Made by a program: the position numbers and the translations under genes
The notes under the pieces: generated by a model
Databases searched by the model: none
What the model was told of the DNA's origin: nothing
Seen by the model: only the letters and a program-made list of their open reading frames with translations
Part shown: one piece after another, positions 59,151-64,000 of the stretch
Layout of the letters: each line of letters begins with the position of its first letter
Position numbering within the stretch: the stretch's first letter is position 1
NCBI GenBank assembly: GCA_963771795.1
Contig: CAVYUR010000006.1
Span: 473,725 to 537,724 of the forward strand
Direction: 5' to 3'
DNA length: 64,000 bases
Origin: an uncultured Chloroflexia bacterium
GTDB lineage: Bacteria > Chloroflexota > Limnocylindria > Limnocylindrales > CSP1-4

Positions 59151-60391
59151 GGCGCGGTCGATTCGGGAGCCGAAGACCCCGGAGCCGGCGACCCCGACCC
59201 GGATCCGCTCGGCCTCAGACTCTGGGTGGGGGCAGGCAGCTCGGAAGGAGGGATGAACCAGGCCGGTTTGGACGCGGCGTCGAGCCCCGAGACCTCCGTC
59301 AGCGCGATCGTCTCGCCAAGCGTCCAGCTGCCGGCCTGGCCCTCGAGTGTCGCCATCTGGAGATCGACGGTCGTGCCGTCGATGCGGAGGAAGGCGATCG
59401 CGTCGCCTTTCGGGGACCACGCCGGCGAGAACGAGCTTCCGTCGTTGGTCACGCGGAGGAGCTCCGCTCCGGTCGCCCCGTCGAGGATCACGACATTGGT
59501 CCCGAAGCTGTCCGTCTTGGTCGCGGCAATGTACTTGTTGTCGGGCGACGGCGACGGCGACAGGTATCCCGGGCCGGTGATCGTGAAAACCTTCTGGTTC
59601 GCGGGGTTGTACTTGATGATCTGCGGCGCCCCGCGCGTGCCATCCCGGCCGTTCTTGACGAGGAGCAGATAGCTGCCATCGCGCATCCAGACCGGATCCT
59701 GGTGGCCGAGTCCGGCTGTCGTGGCGAGCTTCAGCTTCGAGAACTTCTTCGTCTTCGTGTCGTAGAACTGGGCAATGACGTCGCTCTTCGTCGGATCCGT
59801 CCCGTCCGATACGACCGCGATCGTGTGGCCGTTCGGCGAGAGCACCGGCTGGCGCAACCAGAAGAACCACAGGGACTTGCCCTGCTTGACCCGGCCGCCC
59901 ACGAGCCCCTCCGGCTCGCCCGACCCGTCTGCCTTGATTCGGGTGAGCGCGGGCGTCGCAAGGTCGTACCAGCTCTGCCGCCCGTTGACCGGGAACAGTC
60001 CTTTGCCGAGTTGCTGCCGAATGAAGTAGACCCACTCCCCGTCCGGCGAGAAGCTCGGCATCGAATCCTTGCCGGAATCGGTCACCTGGCGGACATCCTT
60101 GCCGGTCTGGACCCAGATGTTGCCGGCCTTCGCAAAGACGATCGAGCCGGGGAACGTGACCTCGGGCTCCACGATCACGACGCTCGACGGCGCCACTGTG
60201 CGCGTGGGACCCTGCGGCCCGCCGTTGTTCGATGAGCCGCCGCGGAACGGGACCTGGCCGTTCATCAGGCTGAAGGTCATCGCCGCGACGACGATGAGCG
60301 CGATGCCGGCCACGATCGGTGCGACGTAGCCACGGGCCGGCCCGAGCCCGTACGGGTCCCGGGTCCCGCGAACGGCGGCTCGACGCGTCAC
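59147..60391 (-). CDS. TolB-like periplasmic beta-propeller protein with N-terminal TM anchor
   Basis: About 414 aa from GTG at 60391. TM (VAPIVAGIALIVVAAMTF). Repeated SPDG/SPNG blade motifs (SFSPDGEWVYF; VLSPNGHTIAV; SPSPDNKYIAA; FSPAWSPKGDAIAF) typical of TolB/WD40-like propellers. Confidence 0.7.
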   Translation of the reverse strand: MTRRAAVRGTRDPYGLGPARGYVAPIVAGIALIVVAAMTFSLMNGQVPFRGGSSNNGGPQGPTRTVAPSSVVIVEPEVTFPGSIVFAKAGNIWVQTGKDVRQVTDSGKDSMPSFSPDGEWVYFIRQQLGKGLFPVNGRQSWYDLATPALTRIKADGSGEPEGLVGGRVKQGKSLWFFWLRQPVLSPNGHTIAVVSDGTDPTKSDVIAQFYDTKTKKFSKLKLATTAGLGHQDPVWMRDGSYLLLVKNGRDGTRGAPQIIKYNPANQKVFTITGPGYLSPSPSPDNKYIAATKTDSFGTNVVILDGATGAELLRVTNDGSSFSPAWSPKGDAIAFLRIDGTTVDLQMATLEGQAGSWTLGETIALTEVSGLDAASKPAWFIPPSELPAPTQSLRPSGSGSGSPAPGSSAPESTAP

Positions 60392-62238
60392 GCCGACGCT
60401 CCCGCAAGCGCGATCCCGTCGCCCGCCGGGGCGTCCAGGACGACAGCGATGCCGAGGATCGCGGCCGCTTCGCGGTGGCTGCCGGACGTGGCGACATCGC
60501 GGATCTCGAGTTGCAGCGACTCGAAGCCGCCGAAGCGACGGCTCGTCAGCTTGCCGACCACGTCGACTCGGTCGCCCTCCGTCACGGTCGTCGCGATGTC
60601 CGGTCGCCCGAAGGCGATGCCATCGAGCACGTCGAGGTTGCGCCGGAGCGTCAGCTGGCTGTGGCCGCCGGCGGCCTCCCGACTCCGCGTGACGGTCAGG
60701 CCGAGGACGGCGACGATCGGCTCGGGATTGCCCGCGCCGCAAGGGGCGAGTCGAGCAAGGCTCCCGTGGAGGGCGTAGTCGGCGCCGAGGGCCGGGACGG
60801 CGATGTCGATCGCCACCGATTGGCGCGGATCTGCGGGGCTGCTGACCGCGGCGAGCGCTGTGAACCGCTCCACGAACTCCGGCCAGCGCTCCGTTGAAAG
60901 CTCGAACCCGGCCGCGCCGGCATGGCCGCCGTGGCGGATGAACAGGTCGGCGCAGGCCTCCAGCGCAGCTCCGAGATCGAGAGTGCCGTCGCTCCGACAC
61001 GACCCCCGGATGACCGGCCCGAGCTCAGCGCCCACGACGGCCGGGCGCCCGAACTCCTCGACCAGCCGCGAAGCGACCAACCCGACGATTCCGACCGGCC
61101 ACGGACCGCGCACGATCGTCGCGGGCGCGTCGGGTCGAGGCGGTTCCACTCGAGGCGGTTCCACGCCTTCCGCGACCGCGGTAGCGCCGGCGTCCACCAC
61201 GCCAGCCAGCGAGGCCCTCGCCTCCCCGATCGCCTGCTTCGTCATGTCGCGCCGGCTCAGGTTCGCGGCCTCCAGCTCCGCGGCGAGTGCTGCGGCCTCG
61301 GTCGCGTCCTCGGCTAGCAGCAGGCGCGCCGCGACGAGTGCCTCACCTACCCGGCCGGCAGCGTTGATCCGCGGCGCGAGCGCAAAACTGATCGTCTCCA
61401 TGTCGATCGCCGAGGCGGCGACTCCCGCCGCCGCGAGGAGGGCGACGACGCCGGGCCGCGGCTCGGTCCTGAGACGTTCAAGCCCGAGCCTGACGATCGC
61501 CCGTGTCTCGCCGAGAATCGGGACCACGTCGGCGACGCTCCCGATCGTTGCGAGGTCCGTCAGGGCAAGGGCCGCCTCCGGGCCGCCCGGCTCGCCGGCC
61601 AGCAGCAGCTGGGCCAGTTTGAATGCGACGCCGCTGCCGGCCAACCGCCGCTCCGGGTAGTGGCTGTCGGCGCGCTGCGGGTTGACGATCGCAACCGCAT
61701 TCGGGAGCTCCGGCGGAACGCGGTGATGGTCCGTCACGAGGACGTCGATCCCCGTTGCCTGGGCCTCTGCAATCTCCGGCAGGCTGGTCGTTCCGCAGTC
61801 GACGGTCACGATGACCGAGGCACCTGCCTCTCGCGCGGCAAGGATCGCGGCCGTCGACAGGCCGTGGCCCTCGTCGAGCCGGCTGGGGACGTAAGGAGTG
61901 ACCTCGATGCCCAAGCGACGCAGTGTGATCGTGAGGATCGCCAGGCCGGTCAGTCCATCCGCATCGAAGTCGCCGAAGACGAGGATCCGCTCGCCTGCTG
62001 CCCGTGCTTGGCCGATCCGGGCGGCGAACCCCTCCGCATCCGGCAGGAGTCGCGGATCGTGGAGACCGTCCAGCGGGTCCGCGAAGAACTCGTCGAAGGA
62101 CGGCCCATCGAGCAGGCCGCGGCGGGCCAGGAGGCTCGCCACACGCTCGTCGAGGTCATGGCGCTGCCCCGCCTCGAGAATGATGGGGTCGATGGTGATC
62201 GCCTCTGGAAACAGCCAGCGATAGCGGGGCTCGATCAC
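60388..62238 (-). CDS. recJ: single-stranded-DNA-specific exonuclease RecJ
   Basis: 616 aa. DHH motifs (ILVFGDFDADGLTG; VTDHH), DHHA1 domain, C-terminal OB-fold region. Confidence 0.85.
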   Translation of the reverse strand: MIEPRYRWLFPEAITIDPIILEAGQRHDLDERVASLLARRGLLDGPSFDEFFADPLDGLHDPRLLPDAEGFAARIGQARAAGERILVFGDFDADGLTGLAILTITLRRLGIEVTPYVPSRLDEGHGLSTAAILAAREAGASVIVTVDCGTTSLPEIAEAQATGIDVLVTDHHRVPPELPNAVAIVNPQRADSHYPERRLAGSGVAFKLAQLLLAGEPGGPEAALALTDLATIGSVADVVPILGETRAIVRLGLERLRTEPRPGVVALLAAAGVAASAIDMETISFALAPRINAAGRVGEALVAARLLLAEDATEAAALAAELEAANLSRRDMTKQAIGEARASLAGVVDAGATAVAEGVEPPRVEPPRPDAPATIVRGPWPVGIVGLVASRLVEEFGRPAVVGAELGPVIRGSCRSDGTLDLGAALEACADLFIRHGGHAGAAGFELSTERWPEFVERFTALAAVSSPADPRQSVAIDIAVPALGADYALHGSLARLAPCGAGNPEPIVAVLGLTVTRSREAAGGHSQLTLRRNLDVLDGIAFGRPDIATTVTEGDRVDVVGKLTSRRFGGFESLQLEIRDVATSGSHREAAAILGIAVVLDAPAGDGIALAGASA

Positions 62239-62329
62239 GACATCAAGGATGCCACGAGCCGCTTCATCGTGGCTTTACCGGTGCCAAACCAGCGGATGCG
62301 AAGCCATCCACCGGCCGGCTCACGGCTCG

Positions 62330-63559
62330 TCAGGAGACTGCGCGACGCGTCCGCGGCGCGCGGGTCGAGGCGGCCCGGCCGTGCCGTCGATCGTCCCACT
62401 CCTGCCAGACGACGAGGATCGGGGCCGCGTTGAAGATCGAGGAGTAGGTCCCGGAGACGATCCCGAGGAGCAGCGCGAGCACGAAGTCGCGGATCGCCGA
62501 TCCGCCAAACAGGAACAAGGCGAGGAGCGTGAGGACGATCGTGAAGCTCGTCATGACGGACCGGGCGAAGGTCTGCAGGATCGAGTGGTTGACGACCTCG
62601 GCGAACGGCTCGCCGGCGTGACGTGCCCGGTTCTCGCGGATCCGGTCGAAGACGACAATCGTGTCGTGGACGCTGAACCCGATCACGGTCAGCATCGCGG
62701 TCACGAACAAGGCGTCGATCTGGATGTGGAAGAACGTCCCGAGGAGCGCGAACGTGCCAACGACGACGATGACGTCATGAACGACGGTGACGAGCGCGGT
62801 CACCCCGAACTTCACGTCGCGGAACCGATAGGTGATCCAGAACATGATCCCGAGAGATCCGACGACGATGAGGATCAGTGCCTGCTGGATCAGGTCCGAG
62901 CTCACCACGGGCCCGACGGTAGTCAGCGACCGCTGGGATTCGATCGGGCCGAGGGCATCCTCGAGGGCGGCGACCATCTCACCGAGCTTTCCGTCGGTCG
63001 GGAGCTCCGTGTTGCCAACGGCGGCGGATGGCGATGGCGATGGCGAAGTTCCGGGCGATGCACCCGCGGATGCGCTGGCGCTCGGGCTCGCGCTCGGCGA
63101 CGGGCTGGGGCTGGGTGACGGACTCGCACTGGGCGACGTACTCGCGCTCGGAGCCGCAGAGCCGGACGCTGAAGGCGAGGTCGATGGCGATGCCGAAGTG
63201 GACGCGCCGGGACTGCCGCTGGCGCTCGGCGAAGGCGCGAGCGTCGCGACAGGGGTCGGGGACGGAGCTGGCGGCTGGAGGCCGATCGGCTCGGTCTTGA
63301 TCTCGAGGAATCCATCGCCCGTGGCAATGACGGAGGCTTCCAGGTCGTTGTCGGCGAAGACGGCCCGGACCTGATCGGCGGTAACTGACTCGTTTTCGAA
63401 GCGGAGCTCCCACTTCGTCCCGCCGGTGTAGTCGATCGTGAACTGGAGCCCGGCGTCCTTGCTGAATAGCGGGGCGACGAAGATGAAGAACAGGCCCGGG
63501 AGCGTGATCAGGGCGGAGAAGATGAAGTACCAGCGCCGCTTCCCGACGACGTCAAACAC
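62330..63559 (-). CDS. secF: protein-export membrane protein SecF with about 90-aa Ser/Pro/Ala-rich insertion
   Basis: About 409 aa from GTG at 63559. SecF TM core ([46 protein letters not shown]...[26 protein letters not shown]). Periplasmic loop carries [82 protein letters not shown]. Confidence 0.85.
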   Translation of the reverse strand: MFDVVGKRRWYFIFSALITLPGLFFIFVAPLFSKDAGLQFTIDYTGGTKWELRFENESVTADQVRAVFADNDLEASVIATGDGFLEIKTEPIGLQPPAPSPTPVATLAPSPSASGSPGASTSASPSTSPSASGSAAPSASTSPSASPSPSPSPSPSASPSASASAGASPGTSPSPSPSAAVGNTELPTDGKLGEMVAALEDALGPIESQRSLTTVGPVVSSDLIQQALILIVVGSLGIMFWITYRFRDVKFGVTALVTVVHDVIVVVGTFALLGTFFHIQIDALFVTAMLTVIGFSVHDTIVVFDRIRENRARHAGEPFAEVVNHSILQTFARSVMTSFTIVLTLLALFLFGGSAIRDFVLALLLGIVSGTYSSIFNAAPILVVWQEWDDRRHGRAASTRAPRTRRAVS

Positions 63560-64000
63560 GCGATCGGGCCTCGCGGCGCAGCGTCGGTCGGCCCTGGCCG
63601 CGGGCGACGAACTCCTCCTCGGACACCCCGTACAGGAATGCCCTGCGCGCCCAGTCATGAGTCACGACGGCGCGAAGGATCGTGCGGGTCACGGTGATCG
63701 CGGTGAACATCGAGACGAGCACGCCGATGATCAGGACGAGCGCGAAGCCTCGGATCACCGACGATCCGAACAGGTACAGGATCGTCGCCGTGATCAGGCT
63801 CGACACATTCGAGTCAAGGATGGAGTTCCACGCCCGCCCGAAGCCCGCCTCGACGGCCGATGGCAGGGACTTGCCAAGGCGCATCTCCTCTTTCATACGC
63901 TCGAAGATGAGGATGTTCGCGTCCACTGCCATGCCGATCGAGAGCACGAAGCCGGCGATCCCGGCGAGGGTCAACGTGACGGGGATCAGGCGGAAGATCG
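63552..64000 (-). CDS. secD: protein-export membrane protein SecD (C-terminal part; 5' end beyond window)
   Basis: C-terminal SecD TM region ([35 protein letters not shown]...[47 protein letters not shown]). secD-secF overlap. Confidence 0.8.
   Translation of the reverse strand, partial: IFRLIPVTLTLAGIAGFVLSIGMAVDANILIFERMKEEMRLGKSLPSAVEAGFGRAWNSILDSNVSSLITATILYLFGSSVIRGFALVLIIGVLVSMFTAITVTRTILRAVVTHDWARRAFLYGVSEEEFVARGQGRPTLRREARSRV

Noticed and set aside
58227-60497. 756-aa minus-strand ORF
   Set aside because: Read-through artefact. Only the last about 307 codons are pyrF. The upstream part is out-of-frame overlap with the TolB-like gene.
62249-63374. Plus-strand ORFs (289 aa, 180 aa) opposite secF
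   Set aside because: Antisense to secF. Asp/Glu/Arg-rich low-complexity translation.
1-64000. Screen for mobile elements (transposase DDE motifs, integrase, phage genes) and defence systems (cas, RM, Abi)
   Set aside because: No ORF in any frame showed transposase, recombinase, nuclease or methyltransferase signatures. The only foreign-looking DNA is the small low-GC3 patch next to tRNA-Leu.

Overview
This 64-kb window is about 70% GC and looks like a bacterial chromosome segment with Gram-positive (Terrabacteria/Actinobacteria-like) gene order. Conserved neighbourhoods include rpmF-yceD, rsmD-coaD, rpmB divergent from asp23-yloV-recG, priA-def-fmt-rlmN-rpe, rpsF-ssb-rpsR, rapZ-yvcK-whiA-tpiA-gpmI-secG, tatA-tatC and secD-secF-recJ. 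I can support about 60 protein genes (most on the minus strand) and 8 tRNAs. I see no rRNA, CRISPR array, IS element or integrase.

The most distinctive content is a 13-kb signal-transduction block at 29.7-42.8 kb, flanked by tRNA genes. It encodes a receiver fused to a ParA/MinD-like ATPase, a 3xPAS hybrid histidine kinase built on a 385-bp tandem repeat, free receivers, a REC-HK-REC hybrid kinase, and three c-di-GMP turnover proteins (GGDEF-EAL, EAL, GGDEF*-HD-GYP). Directly downstream is a secreted DUF3494 (ice-binding-like beta-helix) protein with a Thr/Pro-rich linker and a PGF-CTERM-like C-terminal sorting signal.

Many conserved genes between about 9.9 and 37.6 kb carry reading-frame disruptions: dtd, rlmN, priA, lspA, ileS, an LCP gene, ilvE, a CaCA exchanger, TauE, rpsF, the PAS kinase and the GGDEF-EAL gene. 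ssb carries a compensating indel pair. The 26 kb after 37.6 kb show none. Localized sequencing or assembly indel errors are the likeliest explanation, but real pseudogenes cannot be excluded from sequence alone. Other observations: rpe has a roughly 105-aa C-terminal extension, a low-GC3 small-ORF pair sits beside tRNA-Leu(TAA), and the 1.4-2.1 kb intergenic region is rich in repeats.
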